64,000 nucleotides of DNA from positions 20,277,660-20,341,659 of the forward strand of contig JARDVH010000143.1 in the NCBI GenBank assembly GCA_030324005.1, in the 5' to 3' direction. The notes beneath the pieces are model-generated. The model did no database searches, was not told where the DNA came from, and saw only the letters and a program-made list of their open reading frames with translations. This document shows positions 48,908 through 63,578 of the stretch, piece after piece; the first letter of the stretch is position 1, and each line of letters opens with the position of its first letter. Both the position numbers and the translations under genes were made by a program. The DNA comes from Negaprion brevirostris (lineage: Eukaryota).

Positions 48908-49906
48908 CTATTGCACCTATTTATTTGTTGTGTCACGGCCTCTGCATTACTCATCGTTTCAAGTAACTGCTTCAGACACAATTAATTACAAAAATCGTAT
49001 TGTGAAGGCGTAAATGCAATGTTTATGACCCAGTAGTAAGAAAAGCACGCAGCCTTTCAACGAGAATGTCAGTATGGAAGGAAATACTTGCAATATTTAA
49101 TACACCCCCCCCATGGGTCCACTGCTATGAGTTCCAACATTCTTCAGTCATGTTGGTTNNNNNNNNNNGTGCAAGGAATAAAAAAAAATCTCACAAAGCA
49201 TGTCCAGGAGGAGCGGATTCTCTATAAGATGTTACATGAGGCTTTCTTCATGCTGATCAGGAAACAATTCAAACCATTACCGTGAGTGTTTGGATGTTCA
49301 CAACTTCTAACAGCAAGGTTAGGCCAGTAATGCTTTGAAGTACTAAAGATAACTTCACATTGACATAACTTGATGTTCCCGTGCGGGGCGCGTACACACT
49401 TTTCTCATCTTGGCTTCCTCCTCACTCTTCTTCAAATATAATATTTTTGGCAGCTTTGGAGCCAGTTCAGAGAGGAAAATATGACTTTAAATCTGTAATA
49501 AATCATGAAGCCTTAAACACAGGATAGTGAAGGGGAAATAATTCATCAGCTGAAAAACATTTCACATTTCAGTGACACACTTTGCATTTTCTCTCTCTCA
49601 GTGTGAAGTAAATATTTTACCTTTTCACTTCTCGCACTGTTACTGTGATAGTGGTACTGACTCTGATAGTGGCACCTATAAAGACCACGTTAATTGTATG
49701 ACTGTTTATGATTGCTCTTTCTGGATTCTTGAAAGGAATGCTAATGTTTTGCAATATATCTATCTCAAATATATAAAACTGTAAAAGGTATGTACAGGAT
49801 TGAAAGATTTTAAGCTTTGGTCTGTGCTTACTGCTGGTGTTCATAATGTGCCAAATCCACCCCACACTTTTCACAAATAAAAGCGCAAATTAATTTTAAA
49901 AAATTA

Positions 49907-50515
49907 ATGGGGCGATCTTACTGGCTCATTGTGCCGGTCAATGGGCGGGGCGAGTTGGTAAGATGTCAAGAGAGGTGAGAAATCGGGTTTGCATCCGATT
50001 TCTCTCCTCTGGCAATCTTATCAGCCCTGGATTTCCGGCGTGACCAGCCTCATGCCCGGGAAGGGCACGAGGTTGATTATAATATTTAAATCAATTTAAA
50101 CGCTGATTTAAATCTTATTAGTGAGCCGGGACACGATTGTCCAGGCTCACTTGCCTTAATGGCCACGCCAGTTAAGGCTGTCACCAGCGAGAATCAGTCA
50201 TGGTCCCCACCAACAGGGACTTGACACGATGGCCTCACAGGTAGGCTTGGAGGCCCCTGAGGCCCGTTCAGGTGATCAAGGGCAAGGCAGACAGTGCCCC
50301 TTGATTAGTGCCAGCCTGACACCCTTGCACTGCTCACCGGGCACCAGGCAGTGCCAAAGGAGTAGGGCCTGATGGACGGGGCCTGAGGAGAGGCAGGCAG
50401 CAGGAAGCTGCGTATGCTGCAACTGGGGATTGGCTGAAGTGGGGGGAGCTGCTCACTCTGCAATCAGTAATTGGCTGAGCTGGGGGTGGGGGCAGGGACG
50501 GCAGTGGCGATCAGG
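49907..50515. mobile_element. GC-rich PIF/Harbinger-like element end with subterminal hairpin
   Basis: Terminus ggggcgatcttac and hairpin gagaaatcgg...ccgatttctc. Homologous to 17066-17260. Confidence 0.5.
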
Positions 50516-52119
50516 NNNNNNNNNNNNNNNNNNNNNNNNNNNNNNNNNNNNNNNNNNNNNNNNNNNNNNNNNNNNNNNNNNNNNNNNNNNNNNNNNNNNN
50601 NNNNNNNNNNNNNNNNNNNNNNNNNNNNNNNNNNNNNNNNNNNNNNNNNNNNNNNNNNNNNNNNNNNNNNNNNNNNNNNNNNNNNNNNNNNNNNNNNNNN
50701 NNNNNNNNNNNNNNNNNNNNNNNNNNNNNNNNNNNNNNNNNNNNNNNNNNNNNNNNNNNNNNNNNNNNNNNNNNNNNNNNNNNNNNNNNNNNNNNNNNNN
50801 NNNNNNNNNNNNNNNNNNNNNNNNNNNNNNNNNNNNNNNNNNNNNNNNNNNNNNNNNNNNNNNNNNNNNNNNNNNNNNNNNNNNNNNNNNNNNNNNNNNN
50901 NNNNNNNNNNNNNNNNNNNNNNNNNNNNNNNNNNNNNNNNNNNNNNNNNNNNNNNNNNNNNNNNNNNNNNNNNNNNNNNNNNNNNNNNNNNNNNNNNNNN
51001 NNNNNNNNNNNNNNNNNNNNNNNNNNNNNNNNNNNNNNNNNNNNNNNNNNNNNNNNNNNNNNNNNNNNNNNNNNNNNNNNNNNNNNNNNNNNNNNNNNNN
51101 NNNNNNNNNNNNNNCCCAGAGGAAACCAATGCAGATGCTAGGTGAACATGTAGACTCCGCTCAGACAATGACCCAAGCCGGTAATTGAACGCGGGTCCCT
51201 GACGCTGTGAGGCAGCAATGCTAACCACTGTGCCTCTGCACTGCATGTGGAAGTAATTGGAGCTGAAATGATGATCTGAAATCTCCAAACTTTAGCCTTC
51301 CTTCTTGTTTGTTATAATTGAGCTGTCAGTCCCTTTTCAGCAGTTCAGCCTACATGTTACCCAAAAAAGTAATAGAGAAAATAATGGGACTTAAGATGCA
51401 CAAATCTATTAGAGATAATTTTGCAATAGGTTCCAGGTTCAGGAATTGTGCCTTTGATTTGAAAAATTGCAATTGCCACTCCATTTTTTTAAACAGGGCA
51501 AGAGAGAGAGAAAGTGGACCTGTCAGGTTAATGTTAATTGCTGGGATTATATCTTCAGAAGCAAAGGGGTAAATTTTCCAATCCAGCCTGTTGCAGGGAT
51601 CGTTGTGAGTGGGATAGACAATTTAACAAACCGTGAAACGGTTCATTGATCTTGGGAGGGAATTTCTGGTCTTGGGGTGGGTGAGCTTGGAAAATCCTGC
51701 CCAAATTAACTGAGACTGTTGATGAATATCAACTTATCACAGAGTCAGCGCAGATTATGAAGAGTAAATTAATCTATTTGATGGACTGACTGTGCATGAA
51801 TGTTAGGCAGAATTTAATAGGCCCCATTAGTGGTTTTGCAGGCATGGGAACCACTTAAATTGCCTCGGTGGTCTTCCCATATCCCTCCCACCTTTCCCCG
51901 ATTCTACGGAGATGGACAAGTCCGGGGGGCCAACCCATTCTCGGTCCTATTAAGGATCTTGAGTAGCTGTTTTTGAGACTTGTGCGAGAAGGTTAGGGAT
52001 GGGAGGGAAGCCTGACAGAGTATCCTGCTCAATCCACCTTTCTTGACCATGACTTTGACCCCAGTGCTGGGACTGAGTGAATGGTAGAAGTCTTGTCTCA
52101 GTCAATTTATATTTTGCCT

Positions 52120-54380
52120 GTTTTCTCTGTGGACTTCAATGAGGCATTTGTTTAGATTCGGCACAAGAGGTCAAAAATAAAGTCACATGTATTTGGCGGT
52201 AATGTTGAAAAATGGGTTTATTTTGGCAATTAAGAAGCTGAGAGTAGGAAAAAGGGTGCATTCTGTAACTGATGCCAACTGGTCAATTTGAGGACATTTC
52301 AGGGAGGCAGTGGTGTTGTGGTATTGTCACTGGAATAGTAATCCAGAGACCTCGAGACCCAGGGCAAGAACTGGGTTCAAATCCCACCATGGCAGATGGT
52401 GACATTTGCATTCAATATAAAAAAATTTGCAGTTGATTGATGACCATGAAACCTTTATCAACTGTCATAAAAACCCATCTCGTTCATTAATATCCCATGG
52501 GGAAGGAAATCTGCTTTCCTTACTTGGTCTAGCCGAGATATGGCACCACAGCAATGTGATTGACTCTCAAATGCCCTCTGAAATAATGGGCAGTTTGGAA
52601 TGGGCAATAAATAATTTTGTTCCATCGGTGACACCCACATTCTGCATATGAATTTTAAAAAAACTTGTTCCCCAATATTGAAGTCTCAGTTTTGAGCATG
52701 TATTTAACGGCTTGGTTGAAGAAATGGTAAACTGTATATCAAATTTGACAGTTGACATTAAGTTAGGAAGCACTAAATTGTGTGGGTCAGAAGCGTACGT
52801 GACAAAGGAACCTAAACAGACTAAGTCAGTGGGCAAAACTACAGTAAATGGAGTTCCACCTGAAGATATGTGAGGTCATTGATTGTGAATGAAGGAAAGA
52901 CAAATCTGAATATTTTCTAATTGACAACAAAGTANNNNNNNNNNGGCTTGTAATTGTATACGAATCACTAAATTGCATAGGTAGCAAAAGTAATTCAAAA
53001 GCATAATGGAATGTTGTCCTTTATCTTGGAGAGGTTGGAATTCAAAGGAGAAAGTTATGTTTTAGTAGCACCGTGTCTTGTTCAGATTCCACCTAAAGTA
53101 TTGTGGTCAGTTTTCATAACAAAGCTCAGTAAAGATATGGTGGTGTAGCACACATTTACCAAAACGATGGCAAGACTTACAGAGTTAAATAATGATCAAT
53201 GGTTAACTTCTATTCTCTAGAATTTAGAAAGGGGATGATCTAATCAAGGTTTTTAGGGTGATTAAGTGATTCATTGGTGTGGACACAATAGTGGAACCTT
53301 TTGTGGCCTGGTCTTCAGCAGTCGGAGTGTGTCCAAGTGCCTGGGACTTCAGCTATCACTTCCTTCACAAGCTGTGGACTTATGTCTGTGACATGCCCAT
53401 CAGATCATGACTCTGAGCATAATACGGCACACGTACCCCTGATGTGGGCGGTACAGGTGAACGCTGTGATGGTGTATCCTGTGAGGATTCTGAAAACTCA
53501 TCCTCAGAGGTGATGCCTGGGTGGAGATGGTAGTTAAGTTGGAGTAGGTTCTCTCTGCCTCTTTCTCTTGGTTTTTGTTCTGGAATCTGTAGTCGAGGAC
53601 ATAAAGAATTAGTTCATAGTTAAACACAATCCATTTGCCCACACACGTTTCCTGCCTCAATCATGTATGAACACTAACTAACACAAGGCTGGAGGCATCC
53701 TCATTGGATGGCTGTAACATTCCAGTCTCTCTAACCACACAGATTCAGTCTCAATAGGTTTCCCACAAGGGGTGAAAAGGTGCCCAGACCAACAGCTAGA
53801 CTGATGCTCCTGGCTTGTAGGGAATGAATGCCTGTCCAGGTACCCTTTAGATATGATGTCTAGACCTGCTACCCCCTGAAGTAATGGTAAAATTTCATGT
53901 CCACCCTCATCGCATATTTCACTGCACTTCTGAAACATGCATAGTTAATTGGCTGGCCTCTGCATAATCCCTGCATGGTTTCCAGTTCCTGAGGAGGACT
54001 GTCACTCAACTACGCTCCCACTGCCGAACTTATGCCCCGCGCTGGAAGATTCTATCCAAAGGAACTATTTCCCCTGGTGGGGGAGTCCAGAACAGGAGGG
54101 CCTAATCTTAAAATTGGAGCTAGGCCATCTGTAAGTGAAGTCAGGAATTTTGATTTCACATAAAAGCTCGTAGAAATCTGGAAGACTCTGAACAGGCTTT
54201 TGCGGATAAGTCAATCGAAATTTTCAAGATTGCGCGAGATTAAATTTTTCATAGGTAAGAGTCCAAAAGCATATGGAATGAAGAACGGTTTATGAACTTG
54301 AGGTAAGTTCAGCCATGGTCTAATTGAATGTTGGAATAAGGCCATGGGCCTAAGTGGCCTTGTCCTGTTCCTGTATTCCT
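52120..54380 (+). mobile_element. Old CR1 LINE remnant, split by a SINE (52300-52660) and a Harbinger-like remnant (53290-54058)
   Basis: FADD-like region near 52740, ggggatgatctaatcaagg, and tail ggccttgtcctgttcctgtattccta. Confidence 0.65.
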
Positions 54381-54409
54381 ACACAACAGCTTTTTTAAAA
54401 AAAATCAAG

Positions 54410-54682
54410 TAAAGTTTATTTGTTAGTCACAACTACGCTTACATTCACACTGCAATGAAGTTACTGTGAAAAATCCCCTAGTGGCCACATTCCAGTATCT
54501 GCTCGGGGACACGGAGGGAGAAATTAGCATGAACAATGCATCAAATCAGCACGTATTTCAGACAGTGAGAGGAAACTGGAGCTCCTGGAGGAAACCCATG
54601 CAGACATGGGAAGAATGTGCAAACTCCTCACAGACTGTGACCCAAACCACTGTGCTGCAGCTGTGCTAACCACTGTGCCACT
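54410..54682 (-). mobile_element. HE1-like SINE, alternative tail
   Basis: aaagtttatttgttagtcac...ctgcaatgaagttactgtgaaaaatcccctag...gtgctaaccactgtgccac. Confidence 0.85.
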
Positions 54683-55491
54683 GAGTCACTACTCAGATGA
54701 CGCCAAGGCCATAGAGCTTTCTTGCTTGCTCCTGCATTGTAGACGCTACGGCTGACAGCACATCAACAGTATCAAAGTGTCTTCTGCATAGCTCTGAGCA
54801 GGCTGTCGCTTTACTCGTTTCCATTTTTTGACACATTATGGTTCACAAGCTGCCAACTCTTCAGTGACGCATTGCTGTTGCCAATCAATGGAACCTGAGT
54901 GATAAACGGTAACGTTTATCTTTTGCACACAAAATGGAATGGGAAGCTAAGCATACAACCCATTGCACAGGAATATTAAAATGATTCAGAAATGTAATCT
55001 ATGATTTATGCTGTGATTTTGAAACATTTGACTATCTTGAAATTTGTATGTTGTGCCAGCGGAAAAAATGGGAATCGTTCAACAGGCCAGATCTTAGACG
55101 TGCTGCATTTAATAGTTTTCAGCGTTGCCGTTCCTCCCACTCATTTGGTTATCTAGGGATTCTGGGGGTGGGATGCAGAAGGTAGAAACCTGAGAAGTAA
55201 TGAAGATGTGTTAAATGATAGGCTGTTAAACCCTAGTAATGCTATTGGCTCTGACGGTGGGTAATAACATGTAGTTAATAGCCTGTCTCCCATAGTTATC
55301 TTCCTATCTATCCACAAAATGTCATGAAAATGTTTTAATGTGGTTTATTCTGAGGCAGTAAAAATCCTTGAAAATCTCCATGTGCTCTTTTAAATTCTGC
55401 ACCTTATTTAGTAGACTGCAAGATTTTGAGACATGAATGATTTATTTTTGGTTGCACCTGATCTCTTAATTTCTTGTAACTTTACTAACAG

Positions 55492-55585
55492 GAGCTTTCG
55501 TTAAAGCTTGACCTTGAAACTCTGGAATCTGGAATATTGAAATGCCCTTATGATCCCATTCAGCCTTTCACATCAGCTCTCATAG
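55492..55585 (+). CDS. SEMA3D: SEMA3D-like coding exon 5 (94 nt)
   Basis: Acceptor tttactaacAG, phase-1 donor ATAG|GTAAGA. Encodes ELSLKLDLETLESGILKCPYDPIQPFTSALI with the ESGxxKCPYDP motif. Confidence 0.92.
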
Positions 55586-58500
55586 GTAAGACAATTGTAT
55601 GTGAATGAGGATTTGAAATAATAACGTTGAATGAATGAGTTCCTGTGTTTAATATGGGCCAAATGTGCAACGATCAGGTTGTAAAGATTACAACTATCAG
55701 GTTTACATTGTCAAAATCATGCAGGTTAAATATTGCTTATGAAATAGATTTTACGCAAAAACTAACTTTTGGAGAAAATGCATATTTGTGTAGAACTCAA
55801 AAGGTGCAGGATGAAAATGATCTGTCACACAATGACAGTGGACAACTCAAATTATTTTCATCCATGTGTCTTCAAACCATCTGTTTGTACTTTTAACCAA
55901 ATTTTTAATTTGCGGGTCAGCACAGCCATTTGCTGTGAAGTATGTCGTAGACTAAACGCTACATTTCACAAAAAAGTTCCATTGTGGAGCATCAGGCCTA
56001 AGGAATTCAACATGGAGCTGCCACAAGGGTAAAGCTACATATGGCTCCAGTTAATCGTATATGATTATCAACTGACTGACCACGCTGTTTTTATCTTTTT
56101 GCCTAGCACGTGAGCTGTGTCTCCCTGTAAAACTCAGTCAATAGTCAACTCTCTGAAGATATGTAATTATATCAGAACATCCGGAAAGAATTTTTACATA
56201 ATTGTCAATGGGGGAAAATAACAGTTTTAAAACCAGATCACTGCCAATTTCCTAAATAGACGTTTTTATAAGATCCCAGTTTTCCTGCATTCTCACAACA
56301 TGCCTTTGATACTTGCAGTTATGCTGAAACTGGAGCTACTGTTACATTGGCCTGGAGTTTTCATGGTATGTGCTATTTTGGCACAATCCCCTTTACAGCA
56401 ACGTAACCAATTTCACTTGCAACTCTTCAGATAATAAAACGGCCAATATTTGTGACACAGAAGTGCCAGGCAATGACCATAATCCAATAAGAGAGAACCT
56501 AACTACCTCTCCTTGACATTCACCTGCATCACCACTGCTGAATTCCCTGCCCAACATCACCTTCCGAGGCAGCCGCCATTTTCTGCACTTTCAGTTACAT
56601 CAGTGTGGTGATTGTCTCTTTAAGGGCACAAAGGTCAAGCGACCCTTACTCTGAAAGTAACACATTGTATTGCCCTTAAAGGGAAAGGACCACAATGAGC
56701 CACATAAATACTGCGTCTGCAAGAGCAGGTCCGATGCTAGAAGTTTTGCAGTGAGTTACTCACCTTCTGACTCCCCAAAGACATTTGACCATCTGCCTGG
56801 TGCAAATGGGGAGTGAGATGGAACTCCCATCCTGACTCCTGCTAGAAGCTGGCCCTACTGACAAAACTGGCCACCTGAATTAATCACCATTGGCAGTTTC
56901 TGATAATTGGGCTTGTTTCCAGGCTTTTGATCACAAGTGAANNNNNNNNNNNNNNNNNNNNNNNNNTGGCTACACGTAGTGTATCCATATTGTAACTAAA
57001 CTGTTCGATTCTCAGTCTACAAATCCTGTTATCACAACTCTTAGGGTGGAATTTTCCCATCTCACCTCACACGTAGAAGACAGGGAGCAGACCATGTGAA
57101 GGTCTGTTGACCTTGAGTGGGATTTTCCTTATCTTAGGGTGAGCGTGGATAGAAAATCCCGCTCCTAGTCAACTGTTCTCGATGCAGAGTGGCACCCCTC
57201 AAACTTTAGGCTAGCGACCTGCCTCAAGGAAAACAGACCATGGAAAACAAACATAAGCATGTGTTTTGGCATTTTTTTTATTCATTCGTGGGTCAGGAGC
57301 TTTGCTGGCTGGCCAGCATTTATTGCCCATCCCTAGTTACCTTGAGAAGGTGGTGATGAGCTGCCTTCTTGCAATGCTGAGATCCACGTGCTGTGTGTTG
57401 ACCCATAATGCCATTAATTCCAGAATATTGACCCAGCGACTTCTTCATGTGTCTTCAGATGTGGGACTCTCTCTAAGTCTAACTCTTTGCTCTTGTTGTC
57501 TCCATTTTCTGATTGGCCGTCCCACCTCAGCCACCCAGTCGGGCTGCCAATTTCTGAACACTAAGAGACTGGCATTGGTTCTCCAGCCTTGGGAACCTAA
57601 ATGCCATCCCTGATTGGATCGCCAGCCTGCGTCTTGTCTTTAATTGGCTGGATATTTTAAAACAGCAATGGGGATGTTCATTACATGGCAGATTAGGTTG
57701 AAACCCTCTGTTGAGATCCTGACCCCTGAGTAAAAGTTTATCCCCTTGATCGCATCCAAAGCAGAAGCTTTAACCCGTTATATTGCAGTATGGGGAAAGT
57801 TACCAAATTAGAAAAATTTGCAAATTATAATAGCTCATTTCCCCCAAATCTTTAAAAATGACAGTGTGCATGCTCAATACGTTGTTGTAGCATTTACATC
57901 CCCTTTTTTAATGGAAGAATTCACCTTTTTAATATTTCTTTACCATAAGCAAGGTTATGCAACCACATTTAACACATGATTGCTATTTTCACAAATCATG
58001 ATGTCTCCTTGTGAGCACAGAACCTGTCATTTCCATCTTAACCAGAGCTTTGTAGATTTACAAACTGAATTGAAGAAATCTCTTTGTTTCCAAATCGGCT
58101 TAAGAGAAACATGTGGCGATAATGGGAAGGAAATTCCTGATAGGAATAAATGAATAATTGAAACATTCTGCATGTGGAGAGGAGCATTATAAATTCACCA
58201 GTGAAAGGATAAAAGAAGAATTTTGTGAGGTTTTTGCTTTGAAAGTTTAGCTAAGTACTCTGGAGAGTCAGTAGCTTTATGTCCACTGAACTCCATCTTT
58301 TACTTTTTAAGTAATGAAGAATTTCTTTTGTTGTCTTTTGGCCTTTCCTCTGGCTGTGGATGTTGCAGTGTTACTGACCTGAGCATTGTTGACTAGTCAC
58401 AGCTACTTGAAGTTCATCATTGCTGCCAGAAACACAAATAGATTGACTCAATTGTCGATTTTCATTAAAAACCCATCTGGTTCATTAATGTCCTTAACTG

Positions 58501-61500
58501 ATCTGGCCTACCTGTTACTTCAGACCAATTGCATCGTGGTTGACTCTCAACTGCTGGGCAGCCAGCAACTCCCATGTCCCAGGAACGAATTTTTAAAAAT
58601 TCAGTGAATGAATTTACTTCAGTTCTAATGGATACCATTCAAGCCAAGTGGCCCTGCAAGCTGTGTTAGTTGTTCACGGGAGTTGGAGGAAACATCTCAG
58701 CCAAGCCTCATCTTATCATAGAATCATACAGCTGCTTGCTGCTTGTTATGGAGGTCGGTTAGCTCAGTTGGTTGGACAGCTGGTTTGTGATACCTACAGC
58801 ACGGATTCAATTCCTGTTCTGACTGAGGTTATTTATGAAATCCCTGTCTACTGCACCTTACCAGCACATCCACCCTGCACCCCTCCACCACCACCAACTA
58901 TATTGTGTTTTCTGGTGGCAGAGGTGGCCTGCCATTGACCACATCAGGATTTTCCATTCCAGCCTAAGTCCACGAGATTCTGCATGGCTCACCCGTCCCA
59001 CCATCAGGCATTTGTGGAGGCTAACCAGAAGATCCTGATGGTGTGAAGGGTTGAGGTCTGAAGGGGTGGTAGCAGAGAATCAATAGTGACTTTCAAAAAA
59101 GAGTTGGACATAATCTTGAAGAATAAAATCTTGCTGCAAAGCTCTGGGGACAGGTTTCATAACTGGATGATTTACAGCTGGCATTACACTTGTCCCTGAG
59201 CTAACCTCCTGATATCCTCAGCAACATCAAGATCGAGACTTAATGCATGATTTGTTTAAGTTCATGGCCCTTTCAAATATTTTTGCCTGGCTGTGAATGT
59301 GCAGTAATTTTAAAAAGATAACTTCTGCATGGAATGCTTGAGAGATTTTGGTTTGCCATACAGCCAAATAATCGCATTGCTTCTAACTCTTTAATATTTT
59401 GGGTCTCCAGCCCTCTGCCATTCAATGTAGTACTGAAAATCTTATCATGACTTTGTTACTCCCAGACCCAAATACTCCAAAGCATTTTTTTGCTGACCTC
59501 CCACTTTGCACCTTCCAGAAACTTAAATGTATCCTGAACTTCATCCCTTTCCACTTTCTTCCTCTTTTCAGTCCCGTAAGCCTCCAAAATTTATACACTC
59601 CTCCAATTCTGGTTTCTTGCACATTCCCTTATGGGCGGCACAGTGGGTAGTACTGAGGCTTTACAACACCAGGGACCCGTGTTTGATTCACAGCTTGGGT
59701 CACTGTCTGTGTGGAGTTTGCAGGTTCTCCTAGTGTCTCTCAAGGGAAAACTAAAATCTTTGCAGGAAAGACATGTGCCGGTCAAGAGGAAGGATGGGAA
59801 GGGTAGGATTANNNNNNNNNNNNNNNNNNNNNNNNNNNNNNNNNNNNNNNNNNNNNNNNNNNNNNNNNNNNNNNNNNNNNNNNNNNNNNNNNNNNNNNNN
59901 NNNNNNNNNNNNNNNNNNNNNNNNNNNNNNNNNNNNNNNNNNNNNNNNNNNNNNNNNNNNNNNNNNNNNNNNNNNNNNNNNNNNNNNNNNNNNNNNNNNN
60001 NNNNNNNNNNNNNNNNNNNNNNNNNNNNNNNNNNNNNNNNNNNNNNNNNNNNNNNNNNNNNNNNNNNNNNNNNNNNNNNNNNNNNNNNNNNNNNNNNNNN
60101 NNNNNNNNNNNNNNNNNNNNNNNNNNNNNNNNNNNNNNNNNNNNNNNNNNNNNNNNNNNNNNNNNNNNNNNNNNNNNNNNNNNNNNNNNNNNNNNNNNNN
60201 NNNNNNNNNNNNNNNNNNNNNNNNNNNNNNNNNNNNNNNNNNNNNNNNNNNNNNNNNNNNNNNNNNNNNNNNNNNNNNNNNNNNNNNNNNNNNNNNNNNN
60301 NNNNNCGTTCCTTCATCAATTATTTTAAATCTGTACTCTCCAACCACCAAATCCCCTGTTAACAGAAACAATCCGTTTGCCCTCACTCAAATCTCACCCA
60401 GGCTAACTTCCCACTGGTTGCTAGACATTGATTAGAAGTGAAAACCTTGGCTATTTTTTTGAGCTCAGTAGTACTGTTGCTAATCGCGCACCGTTATAGT
60501 TGAGGTCAATTAACTGAACACTGTTGGGGGAATCGAACCAATGAATTTTCTATCTGTGTGGCTCGGTTCCAAACAGGGTTCCGCACTTACCGACTGAACT
60601 GCAGTTGAAGACACATTTTTTCAAAGCCGTAACAAATAACTACTGTGCGTGTAATCAAGTTGTATATTTTTTTTTTGGACACGCTATCATTTCTAGAGAA
60701 TTAACCTTGCACCCAGCTCACACGAAAGGGATTTTCTAGTTACCCAAACTCCGGTGGAAAATTTGTGTCTGTGACCCATATAATGAGAATAACTGTGCTT
60801 GAGCCTGGGAACATTTAACACTCAATACGCTGATTGCAAAACGTGACCTTAATTGGTACCCTTTTCATTGCCTTGCATAAATCTGATTATCATGGTTCCA
60901 TAAAATTGTAAAACTTGAGAGTATGATGTTTACAATTATTAGATTAAATAATAATTCATCTTATAATTGTGACCTGACATAAAATCCGAGTCAAACAGAA
61001 TATGATCATTCCTTCCAATTGTTGGAACGTTGTTCACTGGTTTAATGGGATTTTCCAACTTTGTTGCTGCCACAAGAAAATGTCAATTTGGCAACAAAAC
61101 ACAAGACTTGACAAATGGCAGCTGATGATGATGGGAAGAAATAAAAGTTAGTGTGGCTGTAAAACTAAATTTTCCCATAATAAACCAAGCTAACCTTTCA
61201 ACGTTTACACCATCAGCAGCAGAAAGAAGGTCAAGGCGCAAGTTTTCCACAATGATGCTCTTAAGTGAATCTGAGAACATTGGTTTAATATCGCCATAAA
61301 AACTCTACAGTGTAAAGAATTCTGTTCACATTATGTTTGTTCAGTAACCTCACAGTTTTCCTGCAATCCCACTGTCCACTTGTAAAAAATAATTCTGAGG
61401 GATATGGGTGTCTTTCTCAAGGCCAAAGTTTATTGTCCATTGCTCATGGCCTTTGAGAAGATAGTAGTGAGTCATACGCTTAAACTGCTGCAGTCTGTAT

Positions 61501-61554
61501 GTGGCGAACGAGTTATTAGGGCATTCCGGTGTTTTGACCCCATGATGATGTTCT

Positions 61555-61960
61555 TTAGATTGATTCCAGAGATGAGGTATTTGTCTTATGAGGAGAGATT
61601 GTGCATGTTATGCTTATACACTCTAGAGTTTAGAAGAGTGAGGGGAGATCTAATTGAGGTGTATAAGATGCTAAAGGAGATTGACAGGGTAGACGTGGAG
61701 AGGATGTTCCCTCTTGTGGACCAGCCTAGAACAAGAGGTCATGGTTTTCGGATAAAGGATGGTAGAATAAAATCCAAGGTGTGGAAAAAAATCACTTCTC
61801 TCAAATGGCCATGAGTCTGTGGAATTCACTACCTCAGAGTGTGCTGGATGTCAGAACACTGAGCAAATTTAAGGAGCAGATAGATAGACTTTCAATTAGT
61901 GTTGGGTTGACGGGTTATGGACAATGGGCAGGAAAGTGGAATTGAGGCCATGATTGGACT
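61555..61960 (+). mobile_element. CR1 LINE 3' end
   Basis: LSYEERL...LEFRRVRGDLIEVYKMLKEIDRVDVERMFPLV...TRGH. Confidence 0.88.
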
Positions 61961-62394
61961 GAATCATTCAAACCTAATACCGGTGTTAACAACAATCTAT
62001 CAAACTCAGATTGAAAGTTAACAATTTATATCCTCAAATGCCACTTGCAGAAGAAAGTTTCAAACTTCCATGACCCTTTGTACGTAGAAGCAATTCCTAA
62101 TTTTAACACCTGAAAGATTTGGCTCTATTTATTTGGCTCTTTTGCCCCAGACCATGCCTTTGAATCAACTGAGACAAAAACACTGAATGGACATTTTTAC
62201 GTTTATAATGCCCCTTGGATGTCCTTAGAATGTCCAAAGTATCTCGCACCAATGAGCTGCATTTTGAAGTTCAGGAATTCATCTTAATCATGCAGATGGT
62301 AACTAATAGGATTGGACTGAAGACAATAAAATTAAAAGTCAGGCATGTTCTAAGATGGGCGACCAAGCCTATCCTAATTCCTACCTTTTCTATA

Positions 62395-62600
62395 GCAATA
62401 TTTGAAGAGCAATAGGTGGTCAGCATTTACCCCTCAACAACTAAAGCATATTATCTGGTTATTGCCGTTTGTACAAATTTGTTGTCATATTTGCCCACAC
62501 TATCACAGTGATTACACTTTGAAAGTACTTCATTGGATTTGAAGTGATGTAGAAAATCTTGAAGACATGGGTAGCACTACATAAATGTGTGTTCTTTCTT
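62395..62600 (+). mobile_element. Deu-domain SINE 3' fragment
   Basis: tttgaagagc...catttacccctcaac...ttatctggtt...acactttgaaagtacttcattgg. A similar fragment lies at 25514-25625. Confidence 0.6.
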
Positions 62601-62679
62601 TTCAAAAGCACTGCACTGAAAAACGCTCAGTATATGACAAATGCAAGAGAAATATAACTCTTTGTTGTATTTAGAGTTA

Positions 62680-63479
62680 AAATCATAGATCCCTATAGCG
62701 CTGAAGAGGCCCAGCAAGTCTGCACCAAATCTCTGACAGAGAATCTTACCTAGGCTATCACCCACGCCTTATCCCACGTATTTACCATGGCTAATCCATC
62801 TAATTTACACATCTTGGGACAGTAAGAAGCAACTTAGCATGGCCAATCCACCTCACCCGCACATCTTTGGACTGTGGGAGGAAATTGGAGCACCCAAAAG
62901 AATCCCATGCAGACACTGGGAGAATATGCAAACTTGACACAGTGATGCAAGGTGGGAATTGAACAAGGTTCCTGGAGCTGTGAGTAGCAGTGCTAACCAT
63001 TGAGTCACCATGCCACCCATTTAATGCGTTAGCTCACTGCTCACATTGATATAACTCACATTTTAGCCCACAGGTTTAGAAGTGAGCAAACCAGTAGGAG
63101 TGAATTGCATGCAAATCTATTTATCAGCCATAGGAATAAGCTGTCAAAGAAGACTTCATGCAACAGCATCATAGAATATCTACAGTGAGGAAGCAGGCCA
63201 TTTGGCCCAGTGAACCTGCACTGACAATAATCCCAACCAGACCCTATCCCTGTAATCTCATATATTTACCCTGCTAATCCTCCTGACACAAAGGGTCAAT
63301 TTAGCATGGCCAATCAACCTAACCTGCACATCTTTGGAGTGTGGGAGGAAACTGGAGTACTTAGAGGAAACCCATGCAGACACGAGGAGAACGTGCAAAC
63401 TCCACACAGACTATGACCTGAGGCTTGAATTGAACCTGGGTCCCTGGCGCTTTGAGGCAGCAGTGCTAACCATTGTACC
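62680..63479 (-). mobile_element. Two HE1-like SINEs (62680-63018 and 63170-63479)
   Basis: Both carry the core ttagcatggccaatc...gcagtgctaacc and CR1-type tails. Confidence 0.85.
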
Positions 63480-63578
63480 NNNNNNNNNNNNNNNNNNNNN
63501 NNNNNNNNNNNNNNNNNNNNNNNNNNNNNNNNNNNNNNNNNNNNNNNNNNNNNNNNNNNNNNNNNNNNNNNNNNNNNN

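Noticed and set aside
58250-58400. Possible semaphorin exon 6 (ag|ct aag tac tct gga = KYSG)
   Set aside because: The following residues (ESVALCPLN) do not match the expected LYSGTxxDFxGxD and no suitable donor follows. Exon 6 lies beyond the window or in a gap.
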